The notes: generated by a model not told the origin, from the sequence alone. A DNA stretch of 64,000 nucleotides from an uncultured bacterium (GCA_963729625.1 CAVSOU010000008.1:64001-128000); one strand, 5' to 3'; positions 28,575 to 40,362 are shown, counted from the stretch's first letter. Program-made: numbers and translations.

Positions 28575-30564
28575 TTAGCCGGCGATCGGTACGCGCGCCC
28601 CCTCGCGCAGGTATACCGGAATCCGCGTGAGGGGCGCATCCGCCGTGACGTGCTCCCCTCCGGAAAGCTTCTGGCCGGTCCAGGCGTCCGTCCAGGCGGT
28701 GCCGGCGGGAAGGTAGACGTCTCGGCTTCGCGCGCCCGCATGGAGTATCGGAGCAACCAGGATGTCCGGCCCAAACAGGAACTGATCGTCGACGGCTGCA
28801 CATGCGGCGTCGGATGGATAGTCGAAGAACAGTGGACGCATCGGAGGAATGCCCTTCTCCTGCGCGAGTTTCATCTGCGCCATCACATACGGGCGGAGCC
28901 GCTCCCGCAGGAACAATTGGTCCTTGACGATCGCATAGGCTTCTTCGCCATACGACCAAACCTCATTTGGTCCGCCTGAAAAGAGCATCGTGGTGTCGTC
29001 GAATACCACGTTGCGGAATCCGTGGAGGCGGAACAGCGGGCAGAACACGCCAAACTCGAACCAGCGAATGAGCAGCTCGCGGAAGGCGGGTGAATCCGGA
29101 TCGCCGCCGTAGAAGCCGCCGATGTCGGTCGTCCACCATGGGATACCGCTCAGGCCGATGTTCAGGCCCTCGCGCACCTGCGCCTGAAGCGCTTCGAATG
29201 TGCTGTCGATATCGCCCGACCAGACGGCCGCGCCGACGCGCTGGCTGCCGGCCCATGCCGAGCGACAGAGGTTCAGGATTGCGGCCTGCCCCTCCTCGCG
29301 CATGCCCTCAAAGACACCCTGTTCATGCAGCATTGGATAGGCGTTCGCGGCGACGAGGCCGGTTCCCGTATGGAAACGCACATTGTCGACGTCCATGGGG
29401 TGCATCTCGGGCTCGCAGGCGTCAAGCCAGAAGACCTTGATACCGATCCGGTAGTAGTGCTCGCGAATCTTCTCCCACATGAACTTCCGAGCCTCGGGGT
29501 TCGTCGCATCATAGTAGTACGTGAAGGCGGGGCCTTCAGGGCGGTTGTCACGGAAGTTGTGGAGCACTGGAATGCCTCGCTCCGTGCGAAGAAGCAGGCC
29601 GCGTGCCTGCAGCGCCTCGAAGTTCTCGCTGAGCGCATTGACCGACGGCCAGATGGACACCATCAGCTGGACGCCCATCTCGGCCAGCTCGCGCACCATC
29701 GCCGCCGGATCTGGCCACAGCGCGGGATCGAATTTCCAGTCGCCCTGCAGTGTCCAGTGAAAGAAGTCGGCCACGATGACCGACATCGGCAGTCCACGCC
29801 GCTTGTGCTCGCGCGCCACCGACATGAGCTCTTCCTGGGTGCGGTAGCGCAGCTTGCACTGCCAGAAGCCCGCCGCCCACTCCGGGAAATCGGGCGTGTG
29901 CCCGGTCGCATCGGCGTAGTGCTCCATGATCTCGGCGGCGGCGGCGCCCGTGGTAACCCAGTAATCGAGCTGTGGCGTGGCCTCCGCTACCCACCGCGTC
30001 TCATTAGTGCCGAGCTCTACCCGGCCGACCGCGGGATTGTTCCAGAGAAATCCGTACATGCGGCTGGACAGCAGAAATGGAATGCTCACTTCCGTGTTGC
30101 GCTGGATCAGCTCGACAGTGGCGCCCTTCTGGTCCAGCAAGCCGTGCTGGTGCTGGCCCAAACCATAGAAGCGCTCGCCTTCGTGGGCGACGAAGCGTGC
30201 CTCGAGGTGATAGGTATCCCCGCCTCGTGCCTTGAAGGAGCGAGGCTGGAATGCGAGTCGCTCGCACCGGGCGCTGTTCCGCCACCAGATCGGTGTGCGA
30301 CACCGCGTTGACGAACCTCAGGCAGCCGTCAGCCGCGACATGAGCAACGATCGCGCCACTCTGGATCGTGGCGGAGCCGTCGGTGATTTCGATCCGCGCG
30401 CTCGTGTGCTCGGGCGGGAGAAGTGCGCTCACCAGGTCGTCACGAATCTCGGCGTCCAGCGTCGCGCGCACGCGCAAGCTGTCGGCGCCCCAGGGCTCGA
30501 TGCGCACTGTTTCATGATTCCGCTTCCACACCAGGGCATTACCGTGTTGCGAGAAATCCGTCAT
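28575..30564 (-). CDS. GH31 glycoside hydrolase (alpha-xylosidase/glucosidase-like), +1 frameshift near 30249
   Basis: RIEPWG N-terminus joins ERFYGLGQHQ; WLDACEPE nucleophile, WSGD, TDIGGF. Confidence 0.9.
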
Positions 30565-30599
30565 CGTGACCTACCCTTCCACTGCATGGAGCCCGTGGC

Positions 30600-33155
30600 T
30601 CAATACTCCAGCGTGACCGTGCCACGGGCAGCGTTCAACCGAACAAATGTAAAGTGCTGTCCATCGTGCCAGAAACAGGATTCCCAGTCAGTGGCATCGC
30701 CGCGCGAACGCAGCAAATCCCCGTTTGCCATGCGCACCCGCCGCGGCATTTCCGCCCTGAGCTGAAGGATGTACGTGCGATTGCGCGGCACTACCGCGGC
30801 GTCGCCCACGGCCTCGCCAATCCGCACGGTAATGGTGCTCCGGGACGCCTCGCAGTCGATGGGTGTCACCGCATAGTGTCCCTGTCGATAGCGATTGGTC
30901 AGCCCGTCGTCCTCGTACAGCTCAAAGCGTGAGCGACCTTCCGGGTAGATGAGTACGGTGATCGTGTCCCACCCAAGTTCACCATCGAACTGCGCCACGG
31001 GCGCGAGGGGAAGGACAGCCCCGGCCCGCACGAAGAGCGGCATCCGGTCGAGCGCTGCCTCAACCGTGACGCCCATGGCGCCGTCGTAGCGCTGATGGCT
31101 CCAGAAATCATACCAGCCACCCTCGGGCAGATAGACCGGCCAGGAGGTTGCCCCGGCGCGGGTGACCGGCGCGACGAGCAGATCGTCACCCCACAAGTAC
31201 TCGGTCCCCAGATCCCAGACCCGAGGGTCGTGCGGATAGTTCAGAACCAACGGGCGCATGAACGGGAGGCCGAGCGTGTGCGCTTGCCAGGCGAGGCTGT
31301 AGGTGTAGGGCATGAGCCGATATCGGAGCTCCGCGTACCGGCGACAGATTTCCTCGACCTGGGGCCCGTGAGCCCAGGGTACGTGATCGCGCCAGACCCA
31401 GCCATGAGAGCGGAAGACCGGACAAAAGGCGCCAAACTGGAACCAGCGCGCGTAGAGCTCGGCGCTCTCGGGCAGGGGGTGGAAGAAGCCTCCGATGTCC
31501 GTGCCCCAGTAGGGGACGCCCGACATGCCGGTGTTGAGCCCGAGCGGAATCTGCGCTTCGAGCTCCGCGAACGTGTTGTTGATGTCACCCGACCAGCAGG
31601 CAGCGCCGAATCGCTGCATTCCTGCTGCCCCAGAACGGCACAGGAGGAATGTCCGTCGATCCGGACAGTCCCGCGATTCGCCGTCCGCGAATGCCTGCTG
31701 GCGGCGCCAATCGAAGATGTTGTGCATCGGCAGCCCGCCACACCCCAGAACTTCAGCCACTCGTGACGGCCCTTCACCACCGTCGAGCCACCAGCCTTCG
31801 ACCCCGGCTTGCGTGAGCGCTCGATGCTGCGCCCACCACCAGGCGCTCGCATCGGGATTGGAAAAGTCGATGTAGCGCTGGCCTTCGCGAAACTCGGTGT
31901 TTGGACGCCTCTCGGGCGCGCACCGATCGTAGCCCTCGGCAAGGAGGAAACCACGCCGCTGGGCCTCCGGATATAGCGGCGATTGCTCGTGCAATACCGG
32001 GTATTCGTGCGTGATGACCCTGAAGCCCTGGGCTGCAAACGTGGCGATGACGGCAGCAGGGTCGGGAAAGAGATCCGGCTGGAAGAGGAGGTGCCCAACG
32101 CCACGGTTCCATCCCAGCGCGTCGCCATAGGAGGACAGGAAGATGATGCCGTCGCAGGGAATACGCTTCTCGCGCAGGGTCTGCGGTAGCCGCCGGAGTT
32201 CCGCTGCATCCTCGAAATGGCGCGTCGACTGCAGGTACCCTAACGCCCAGCGCGGCGGCATCGGAGCGCTGCCAAGCAGTTCGGCCACGGCTTTCACGGT
32301 GCCACGTAAATCTCCGCCTTCTATGAAGTACCAGTCGAGCTGCTCCCCTGATCCGGAAAAGGTAAGCTGCGTATCCCGGTCGCAGCTGCCGAGCGACAGG
32401 CTCGCATCGCCGATACTGTCGAAGAACAGCCCGTAGCCGCGGCTGGACAAGAGAATCGGCATGCCTATGTCCGAACCGGGCCCGTGGCCTATGTGGTTGT
32501 TCCACAGCCGGCGGTTGTCGCCAAGCCGGTCAAACTGCTTGCCGCCTTGGCCCAGACCATAGCAGTGCTGCTCGCCGGTCAGCTCAAGCACCGTGGTGAT
32601 GCGTGTGTGAGCCGGCGGCCGGCAGCCGGTCGAATCTGCCGCCACAGCGCGCTCGACCGCGCCGTCGACAATCGTTTCGACCCTCACTCCGTCCGCCAGA
32701 TTAGCCCCGAGTGCGACGACACCGTGCCTATCAGCGAACGTCAGACCCAGCGGATCCGTTTGAATCTTGAGGGACATAATTCCAGTGTCCACCACGAATG
32801 TCGAGAAAGGCACGGTTCCTTCGTGCGGCGCCTGCGCCTCGCCGGCTGAAGCGGGCGCCTCACCAGCCGCGGAGCTCACGCGAAGATCCGGCTGTGGCCA
32901 TGAGTCCGACGAGCGTGCGGTGCAGGTGGGACTGATGGCGCCATCCGCGCTCAGCAGTCGAACGCAGACAATGCTCGGCGTGCAGAAGGTAATCGCGATG
33001 CGCCACGTGGACGTGGCAATCTCAAACCGCGCCCCGTCGCGCGTCGTGCGCACGCCATTCCCCTTGGTCACCGCGGCGACCTTTCTTGCCCCTTTCGATT
33101 GCACATCCCGGCGTCGAGGTGGCAGGCGCGCCGGAGCGTCCGGGTTGGTCGGCAT
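30600..33155 (-). CDS. GH31 glycoside hydrolase; start uncertain
   Basis: YGLGQ, PPRWALG, WWLDGGE, WSGD, TDIGGF, YEDDG. Confidence 0.92.
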   Translation of the reverse strand: MPTNPDAPARLPPRRRDVQSKGARKVAAVTKGNGVRTTRDGARFEIATSTWRIAITFCTPSIVCVRLLSADGAISPTCTARSSDSWPQPDLRVSSAAGEAPASAGEAQAPHEGTVPFSTFVVDTGIMSLKIQTDPLGLTFADRHGVVALGANLADGVRVETIVDGAVERAVAADSTGCRPPAHTRITTVLELTGEQHCYGLGQGGKQFDRLGDNRRLWNNHIGHGPGSDIGMPILLSSRGYGLFFDSIGDASLSLGSCDRDTQLTFSGSGEQLDWYFIEGGDLRGTVKAVAELLGSAPMPPRWALGYLQSTRHFEDAAELRRLPQTLREKRIPCDGIIFLSSYGDALGWNRGVGHLLFQPDLFPDPAAVIATFAAQGFRVITHEYPVLHEQSPLYPEAQRRGFLLAEGYDRCAPERRPNTEFREGQRYIDFSNPDASAWWWAQHRALTQAGVEGWWLDGGEGPSRVAEVLGCGGLPMHNIFDWRRQQAFADGESRDCPDRRTFLLCRSGAAGMQRFGAACWSGDINNTFAELEAQIPLGLNTGMSGVPYWGTDIGGFFHPLPESAELYARWFQFGAFCPVFRSHGWVWRDHVPWAHGPQVEEICRRYAELRYRLMPYTYSLAWQAHTLGLPFMRPLVLNYPHDPRVWDLGTEYLWGDDLLVAPVTRAGATSWPVYLPEGGWYDFWSHQRYDGAMGVTVEAALDRMPLFVRAGAVLPLAPVAQFDGELGWDTITVLIYPEGRSRFELYEDDGLTNRYRQGHYAVTPIDCEASRSTITVRIGEAVGDAAVVPRNRTYILQLRAEMPRRVRMANGDLLRSRGDATDWESCFWHDGQHFTFVRLNAARGTVTLEY

Positions 33156-33193
33156 TACCGGAAGACGCTACAGTCGTGCTGCTCGGCCGAACG

Positions 33194-34991
33194 CTACATC
33201 CTTTCCGACATGCTCCCCGCGCGTACGGGGAAGTACACCGTGTAGCGTTCGTCGACTATCTCGTGCAGCGGGATGAAGCGGAAGTCGAGTCGCTGATTGA
33301 TGGTCCTGTAGCCCGCCTTCCAGTTCGCCCACTCGCGCTCATTGTGCGGCGCCAGCATGGTCTCCGCATCATGCGGATCGCCTCGCAAGGCACGTGCGTC
33401 GTCACAGAGCCCGGCCAGAACGACCGGGCCGTCCATGAATGCCACGCGCGAAGGATCGTCCGGTAGCGGATCGCACGTCAGGCCTTTCGGCAGCGTGATC
33501 GAGATGCGCGCCTCATCCCAGGTGCGCCGGATCGAGTACAAGCTCGAGGGAGCAAATGGACCTCGTTCGGGCACGCCGTTCACCGTGATCTCCGGAGTAC
33601 CTCGCAGCCACCACGGCAGGCGGACCTTCAGGGTGAAGTCAGCCGGCTGCGTACAGGAAATCGCCAGATCGAAGGCCAGTGACCGCGGCCTGTTGGCCTC
33701 TCCACGTTGCTCGTTTGCGGTTTGGCGGATTCTCGCCGTGACGCCGTCGCGTCGCCAGGTGAGCTCACTCGGCGTGAGCTGGCTGATTATCAGGCCGTCG
33801 TCGTCCTCGAAGTACAGGCTGCGCTCGTTGACGGTATGCGCCTCCAGCATGGTTCCGTGGCAACACCAGAAGTCCTCGGTGGGCGAACCCCACTGCTTCG
33901 CGGACCCGGCCTGCAGCGGCAGCCAGTAGGCGATCATGCCCGTCTGCGAGTTCTGCTGGGCTACGATGCCATTCCAGAGATTGCGTTCCCAGTAGTCGGC
34001 ATAGGAGATGTCACCCGTCCATCGCAAGAGCCAGTCGGCCAGGCGCATCATGTTATAGACGGTGCAATGCTCCTGCGTCTTCTCGCCAAGCCGCGCCGCC
34101 AGTGCGTGAGGCGCGCGACCAGATCTCGCCGTTCGTCTGGCCGCCGGTGCAGTAGTATCCACGCGCCTCGACGGCGCAATGCCAGTACGCCTCCACGATG
34201 GCGCGCCAGCGTTCGTCGCCAGTGACCTCCCAGGCCCGCGCGGCGCCATGTGCCTCGGGAATAGTCGTATTGGCATGCATGTTGGTAAGCGGATCTTCGC
34301 CGTCAAGCAAGCGATTGAACAATCGCGGTCGGTCGTAGCGCTGCAACAGGTCCAGGTGCTCCTGTTTCCCGGTGACGCCGTAGAGATTCGCCCATACCTC
34401 GAGCATGCCGCCTGTCTCGACGTCCAGTATGGTATCCATCTCCTCACGCGAGAACTGCCCGGTCCAGCGATGAAACCACTTTGCCCACTTCGCGACAATC
34501 GCCAGGGCCTGATCGCTGCCGGCAAGTGCATGCATTTCCTGAAGTCCCATGAGCGTCTTGTGCAGGGTATAGTGCGGCGCCCACACCTCCTTGCCCCGCG
34601 CGACCCAATCCAGGTACGTGGCAGGAATCGAGCCGACCCACTCGCCGCCGTTTTCTCGCTGGCAGCGGTCGAGCTCGGCGACGATGTGGTCTGCTTTCCC
34701 CTTGATCTCGAGATCGCCGGTCGCGGCATAGCGCTTGGCCGCGGCGGACAGCCAGTGTCCAAGGAAGTGCCCGCGCAACTGGCACGTCGGAGACTCCCAG
34801 CCACCGTGGCAGTCGAGTGGCTTGAGGCGCGGGGCCCACAGGCCTGCCTCCATGTAGTGATTCTGGAGCAAGTTCTCGCTCTTCAGGCCGACCATGTAAG
34901 CGCGGCTCAGATCGGCCCTTCGCCGAAGCTCGCCTGGTAAGAGCCGCACGCTGCCCCAAGGCATCGGACGAAAGGTGTCCTGCCTCATCAT
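33194..34991 (-). CDS. GH127/GH146 beta-L-arabinofuranosidase-like protein, +1 frameshift near 34116
   Basis: GGWE..LRGHFLGH, HANT, TGG, EHCTVYNM, FWCCHGT. Confidence 0.9.
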
Positions 34992-35007
34992 TCACTCCTC
35001 CTGCGGC

Positions 35008-35904
35008 TCAGCCCTTGAGCGAGCCTGACGTCAAGCCTTGCACGATAAGCCGCTGGAACATCAGCACGAGTGCCACGATAGGCAGCGACGTCACTTCAGA
35101 CGCAGCAGTCAATTCGCCCCACGGGACGTTGTGGATGCCGCCGAAGTAGTAGATGGCCACGGGCACCGTGTACATGTTCGGTTGGCTCATGAACGTAAAG
35201 GCGAACAGGAACTCGTTCCAGCCGCCGATAAAGATGAGCAGGCCGGCGGTGACGAGAGCCGGCGCCGAGAGCGGCAGGATCACGCGCACGAGCGACTGCA
35301 GCGCCGTGCACCCATCCACCTCAGCCTGTTCGGAAAGCTCCGCGGGAATTTCTCTGAAGAAGTTGGTCAGCACCCAGATCGCGAACGGCAGTGAGAATGT
35401 GACGTAGGGGATGAAATACCCCCAATAGGTATCGGTGAGGTGCAGGTCTCGCTCGAAGATGAAGAGCGAGGATACCAGGGCGATGGCCGGGAACGTGACC
35501 ATGACGATGACGAGAACCAGGATTGTCCGCTTCGCCGGCAAGGGCAGTCGGGCCAGTGAATAGGCGGCAAGCGTCCCCAGCAGCATGGCGATGAACGTGG
35601 AGGTGGTCGCGACGATCACGCTGTTGATGATGGCCTGCCCAAAGTGGTACAGGGGAGTAAAGACGTTGTAGTAGTGGCTAAAATCAAGCCGGCTGGGAGC
35701 CCACATGATCGGGCTGTGCTCGATCTCAGAATCCGGCTTCAGGGAGGTGACAGTCTGCCAGTAGAAAGGGAACAGGAAGAAAAGCAGAAAGAACAGATTG
35801 AGGATCCAGAGCAGTGTGAGCCGCACGACCCTGCGTCTGTTCGAGCGCCTGCTTCCGGTCGGTAGATCTGTGCCGCTGGCGGCGTGTCCGGCAAGTGTGG
35901 CCAT
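35008..35904 (-). CDS. Carbohydrate ABC transporter permease (MalG-like)
   Basis: IPAELSEQAEVDG EAA loop, WNEFLFA. Confidence 0.93.
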   Translation of the reverse strand: MATLAGHAASGTDLPTGSRRSNRRRVVRLTLLWILNLFFLLFFLFPFYWQTVTSLKPDSEIEHSPIMWAPSRLDFSHYYNVFTPLYHFGQAIINSVIVATTSTFIAMLLGTLAAYSLARLPLPAKRTILVLVIVMVTFPAIALVSSLFIFERDLHLTDTYWGYFIPYVTFSLPFAIWVLTNFFREIPAELSEQAEVDGCTALQSLVRVILPLSAPALVTAGLLIFIGGWNEFLFAFTFMSQPNMYTVPVAIYYFGGIHNVPWGELTAASEVTSLPIVALVLMFQRLIVQGLTSGSLKG

Positions 35905-35917
35905 CTCTTCCCTCCCC

Positions 35918-36883
35918 TCAGGCTTGCTCGATAGTCAACTGGCGAGCGTAGACCGCGGCCATGACGAAACAGATCAGTGCGAGTATCACTGCCAGCGCGC
36001 TGCCTCGCCCGAAGTTGACATAGGAGAAGAGTGTGCGATAGGCGTGCAGCGACAGGAGCTCGGTATCGGTCCCGGGTCCGCCGTGGGTCAGGACATAGGC
36101 AAGGTCGAACGTCTGGAACGCGGTAATGGTGCGGAAGAGGAGCGCGATGACAATGCTGCCTCGCAGGAGGGGTAGCGTGATATGTATGAAGCGCTGCGGG
36201 GCATTCGCCCCGTCGACGCGCGCCGACTCGTAGAGGTCCGAGGGGATGCTCTGCAGGCCGGCCAGCAGGAGTAAGGCGATGAATGGAGTGTTCTTCCAAA
36301 CATCGGTGATGATCAACGCCGGCATGGCCCAGGTGTCGCTGGCCAGTACGTCGAATGTCGGACCGATGAGGTGGAGGCCCCTGAGCAGCGCTGTGATCGG
36401 ACCATACTCGACGTCATACATGAATTGAAAGAGGCGGGCCGTGATCACCACCGGAATTGCCCAGGGAACGAGCATGGCCGCGCGCATCAGGCCCCTGCCG
36501 CGGAACGATTCGTTCACGACCAGGGCCACAATCAGGCCTAGGATGAGCTCGGAAACGACGCTGCCCACGGTGAAATACGCGGACACGCCCAGGGAGCTCC
36601 AGAAATCCTGCTGTTGTAGCAAGAAGGTGAAGTTCTTCAAGCCGATAAACGGCTGACCGAGGAAAGGCATGTCCAGCCGGTCCGTAGTCATGCTGATATA
36701 GACCGTTCGCCCGGCCGGATAGCCCAGGACGCCGACCAGCGCAACGACCGACGGCAGGAACAGCAGCCAGGCGAGCTGGCGGCGGCTGAGACCGTAACTG
36801 CGCGTGCGTCTCCACCAGCTCAGCTGGGTGCCGCGCGCATGCGTGTCCGTCACTCTGGCTGGTGGTGCTCCATTGTCAGCCAT
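35918..36883 (-). CDS. Carbohydrate ABC transporter permease (MalF-like)
   Basis: FIGLKNF, LQSIPSDLYESARVDGA, GGPG. Confidence 0.93.
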   Translation of the reverse strand: MADNGAPPARVTDTHARGTQLSWWRRTRSYGLSRRQLAWLLFLPSVVALVGVLGYPAGRTVYISMTTDRLDMPFLGQPFIGLKNFTFLLQQQDFWSSLGVSAYFTVGSVVSELILGLIVALVVNESFRGRGLMRAAMLVPWAIPVVITARLFQFMYDVEYGPITALLRGLHLIGPTFDVLASDTWAMPALIITDVWKNTPFIALLLLAGLQSIPSDLYESARVDGANAPQRFIHITLPLLRGSIVIALLFRTITAFQTFDLAYVLTHGGPGTDTELLSLHAYRTLFSYVNFGRGSALAVILALICFVMAAVYARQLTIEQA

Positions 36884-37002
36884 GCACTCCTCCTCCGCGC
36901 AGTCTCCGCAGGGGCATTCTGCGGTGATGATGGCGGTCGACCGCCATCATCACCGCGTGCTGGTCCACTCAAGAACAGGACGACGCTGCCGTCCTGTGGG
37001 GA

Positions 37003-38322
37003 TTACGCTCCGGCCAGGATAGCCTCGATCTTGCCCTGGGCGTCCTTGAGCGCCTGCTGAGCCGACTTCTTGCCGATCAGGGCGTTGGTGATTTCCTGCT
37101 CAGCCACGGTGGACATGTTTGTCCAGAACGGCGTCTTGGGCCGCGATCGCTCCGTCTTGGCCTGCTCGGCCAGAATCGGGAACGAGGGATACTTGGCAAC
37201 GACAGCCGGATCGCTGTTCGCCGCAATGATCGCCGGGCTCCAGCTGCTATGGAGGGTCTTGAAGACCTCCATCTTGTAGCTGCCAAGGAAGGTGGCGAGC
37301 TCCATAGCCTCTTTGACGTGGTTGCTGTAGGCGTTGACCACGTACTGCCAGCCACCGGCGCAGGTGGCGGAAGTGCCGCCCGCGAAGTGCGGCGTGGTTG
37401 ACACGCCGGTCTTGCCCTTCAGGGCCGGGTTCGACTCGGCGAACCCATACGCATAGTTCCAGTTGCGGTGGTAGATTGCCTTGCCGGTACTGTACAGGGC
37501 TCGGCCGGCGTCAAGCTCCATGGTGACGATACCCGGTTGCGTCACCTTGTCGTTCTTGAGGCTCATCATCATCTCAAGGGCCTGGAGGTTCTGCGGGCTG
37601 TTCAACACCACGGCGCCGGTCTTGTCGTCGAGGAAGTTGCCTCCGGCGCTCCAGGAGTACTCCATGAAGTTGCAGATCAGCTGCTGGCCCTGCTGATAGC
37701 AGCCCACGAACGGGATCATCGAGGGGTATTTCTTGGCGAGCATCACGCCCTGGTCGTGCAGCTCCTGCCAGGTGACGGCCGGCTTGAGGCCCTCGGCGTC
37801 CAGGATGTCCTTGCGGTAGAACAGGTGCCCGGTGTCGAGCATCCAGGGAACACCGTAGATGTGCGATCCGATGGTATCGGCCCAGATCATACCCGGGGCA
37901 TAGGCCTTCTGCGCTGAGACCGGGAAGACGCTGTCGAGCGGCGCGGCCCAGCCGGCGGGCGCCCATTGGGCCTGCCAGATCACGTCGGAATCGAAGATGT
38001 CGACCGAGCCGTCGTGCGCGGACATGACCGTGACCATCTTGTCATGGCCGAGATTCGCTTCACCCGAAGGCTGGGAGATGTACTTGGCAGTGATGCCGGG
38101 GTGCGTCGCGTTGAACTGGGCCAGGCACTGCTGCTGCGCAGTCGCGAACGGGGCGGGATTATTGTTCAGGCCCATGTAGGTGAGGGTGATGCCGCCGGCC
38201 GCCTCGGTTTTGCGAGGAGAGAAGTCGAGGGCTGCTCCGGCGAGCGCCGCGCCCGCACCGATCTTTGCACCGGTGGCGAGGAAATCGCGCCGGGACATGC
38301 CGCCAGTTTGGCTCTTGCTCAT
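37003..38322 (-). CDS. Carbohydrate ABC transporter substrate-binding protein, Tat signal
   Basis: SRRDFL twin-arginine motif; DVIW, LFYRKD, RNWNY, RPKTP. Confidence 0.92.
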   Translation of the reverse strand: MSKSQTGGMSRRDFLATGAKIGAGAALAGAALDFSPRKTEAAGGITLTYMGLNNNPAPFATAQQQCLAQFNATHPGITAKYISQPSGEANLGHDKMVTVMSAHDGSVDIFDSDVIWQAQWAPAGWAAPLDSVFPVSAQKAYAPGMIWADTIGSHIYGVPWMLDTGHLFYRKDILDAEGLKPAVTWQELHDQGVMLAKKYPSMIPFVGCYQQGQQLICNFMEYSWSAGGNFLDDKTGAVVLNSPQNLQALEMMMSLKNDKVTQPGIVTMELDAGRALYSTGKAIYHRNWNYAYGFAESNPALKGKTGVSTTPHFAGGTSATCAGGWQYVVNAYSNHVKEAMELATFLGSYKMEVFKTLHSSWSPAIIAANSDPAVVAKYPSFPILAEQAKTERSRPKTPFWTNMSTVAEQEITNALIGKKSAQQALKDAQGKIEAILAGA

Positions 38323-38742
38323 TCGATTGTTCTCCTGTCTTCAACCCGTCAGACTTGCCAAAAATGACAGTGACTCGAGTACTGTTCCACCATGACTATG
38401 GACACACACCACCTCGCCAGGCGGCTGGAAGTACGGACTAACGTTCGTCAGCGCCCGGGCATCTTGTCACCCGCTTACAGATCGCCTCCTTTCATGGTCT
38501 GGTGGCGAGGCTGAGGTACGGCCTGGCGCCTCGAGTGGTATGGCTGAGGGCAATGACGGCCGCGCACCGAGTCGCCAACACAATCCGCTCGACCGGTCGT
38601 GCCCGCAAGGCAGTGAACGATCGATTCGACACAAGGCAACTGCGGCATGCGTCCCTTTGCCCTCATTGACCGTCGACAGAGACGGTGTCTGTCGCCACGA
38701 GAGAGTAACCGTGCCACGAGCCTTACGGCTGGGGCTGGCGGT

Positions 38743-38793
38743 AGTATATGCCTATCTACACGTGTTGTCAACACGTGTAGATGAGCGTATACT
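38743..38793. promoter_or_regulatory. Overlapping divergent sigma70 promoters with a twin LacI-type operator
   Basis: Minus TTGACA(38771-66)-N17-TATACT(38748-43); plus TTGTCA(38765-70)-N17-TATACT(38788-93); perfect IR ATCTACACGTGTTG-T-CAACACGTGTAGAT at 38754-38782. Confidence 0.8.
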
Positions 38794-39183
38794 TGGATTT
38801 GCGCATGGTGCCGGCGACCCCAGGGGTCGGAACCGACGTGCTGCATGCAGGGCTACTGGTGCTCGGATCCTGAGTAAAGGCGCGCGGCTGGCACGATAGA
38901 GTCTCTGCCGCGCCCCGCATGCACGAAGCAGGATGCTGCCATTCAACGGCCGGGGCCCGGTCACTGCGAAAAGTGCCTGGGCCATCACTCCAGCGGAGCC
39001 GGCCAGGCAGCGCACTGTAACGGTGGGACTCTGGTGGAACGTCATCCGGCACGGCGCCGCGGAGAGCAGGCCATCAATGGTAGCCGCGAAACCGTGCGAT
39101 ACGCGGGACAATCGGTTCCGAGATCGGATACGCGTCCGGACCCGGGAATCGTCGGTGCAGCAGCGACAGTAATGGAGCGGCCA

Positions 39184-40218
39184 ATGCCTGGGAAGAAACG
39201 TGCTACCCGGCTGGATGTGGCGAAGCTCGCGTGCGTATCTCCAGCTGTGGTCTCGTATGTGATCAACAGCGGTCCTCGAGCCACGTCTCCAGAGGCGCGC
39301 CAACGGGTGCTGGCAGCAATCGAAGCGCTGTCGTATCATCCCAGCGCTTCGGCGCGCGATCTGCGCATGCAGCGCACGCGCACGATAGCGTTCATCTACT
39401 ACGACTATCATCCGCGCTACTCCTTTGTCTCGCCCTATATCGCAGGGTTGCTCACCGGCCTGAGCTCGGCGCTGCAAGAGCAACACCACTATATGCTCCC
39501 GTACTGGGTGGGGACGGGAGAGGACCTTGGCGGCTTTCACGAGCTGCTCCATAGCGGACGAGTAGACGGTATCGTGCTCCGCCTGGCGCAGGATCCACCG
39601 GTTACGGACGACGTGCTGGAGACTGTGGCGTCCGCCGGCATCCCGTGTGTGATCATCGAGCGTCCGGGCGCGGAGCGTTTCGGCGTGAGTGCCGTGACCT
39701 ACGATGACGAAAGTGCGGCATTCGAGGCCACTTCGTACCTGATCGAGAAAGGACACCGTCGCATAGCGCACCTGCGTGGGGACTCCCATCAGGTGTCGTC
39801 TACGCACCGCGCCAGTGGCTATAAGCGTGCCCTCGCAGTGGCATCGTTGCCTATATGCGACACACTCATCCAGGGCGGCGGCTGGACCTCATCGTGTGGC
39901 ATCGAGGGGATGCGCTCACTGCTTGCGCTTGACTGCCCTCCAACGGCGGTTTTCGCGGCCAACGACCAATTGGCGCTTGGCGCAATCGACCTGCTGCGCG
40001 ACAGGGGCCGGCGTATTCCGGATGATGTCGCCGTGGTCGGATTTGACGACATACCACTTGCCCAGGAACTGCTGCTGCCGCTCACGACGGTGCGGATCCC
40101 GTTAGCCGAGCTGGGCCGCCGCGCCGCGGCGCTCATCCTGCGTACGGTGCAGGCGAACGGCGGCGAGTGCATCATCGAGACCGTACCGGTCGAGCTCATA
40201 CGGAGAGCGACCGCTTAG
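39184..40218 (+). CDS. LacI family transcriptional regulator
   Basis: TRLDVAKLACVSPAVVSYVIN HTH; AVFAAND, IPDDVAVVGFDD, LTTV. Confidence 0.95.
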   Translation: MPGKKRATRLDVAKLACVSPAVVSYVINSGPRATSPEARQRVLAAIEALSYHPSASARDLRMQRTRTIAFIYYDYHPRYSFVSPYIAGLLTGLSSALQEQHHYMLPYWVGTGEDLGGFHELLHSGRVDGIVLRLAQDPPVTDDVLETVASAGIPCVIIERPGAERFGVSAVTYDDESAAFEATSYLIEKGHRRIAHLRGDSHQVSSTHRASGYKRALAVASLPICDTLIQGGGWTSSCGIEGMRSLLALDCPPTAVFAANDQLALGAIDLLRDRGRRIPDDVAVVGFDDIPLAQELLLPLTTVRIPLAELGRRAAALILRTVQANGGECIIETVPVELIRRATA

Positions 40219-40362
40219 CGCCGGATCAGTCCTACGAAGTCACCCGGGAAGGCACTAGCACGCCGAAATCGTCAGGCCAACCGCAGGCAAGCAGGGATAG
40301 GCTACTCATCGGGGTCTGCCGCCTCCAGGACAGGCAGCTGGCGCGTGGTGCAACGTCAGTGA

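Noticed and set aside
36890-37000. Cluster of hairpins between the SBP and permease genes
   Set aside because: Ordinary intercistronic stem-loops typical of sugar ABC operons
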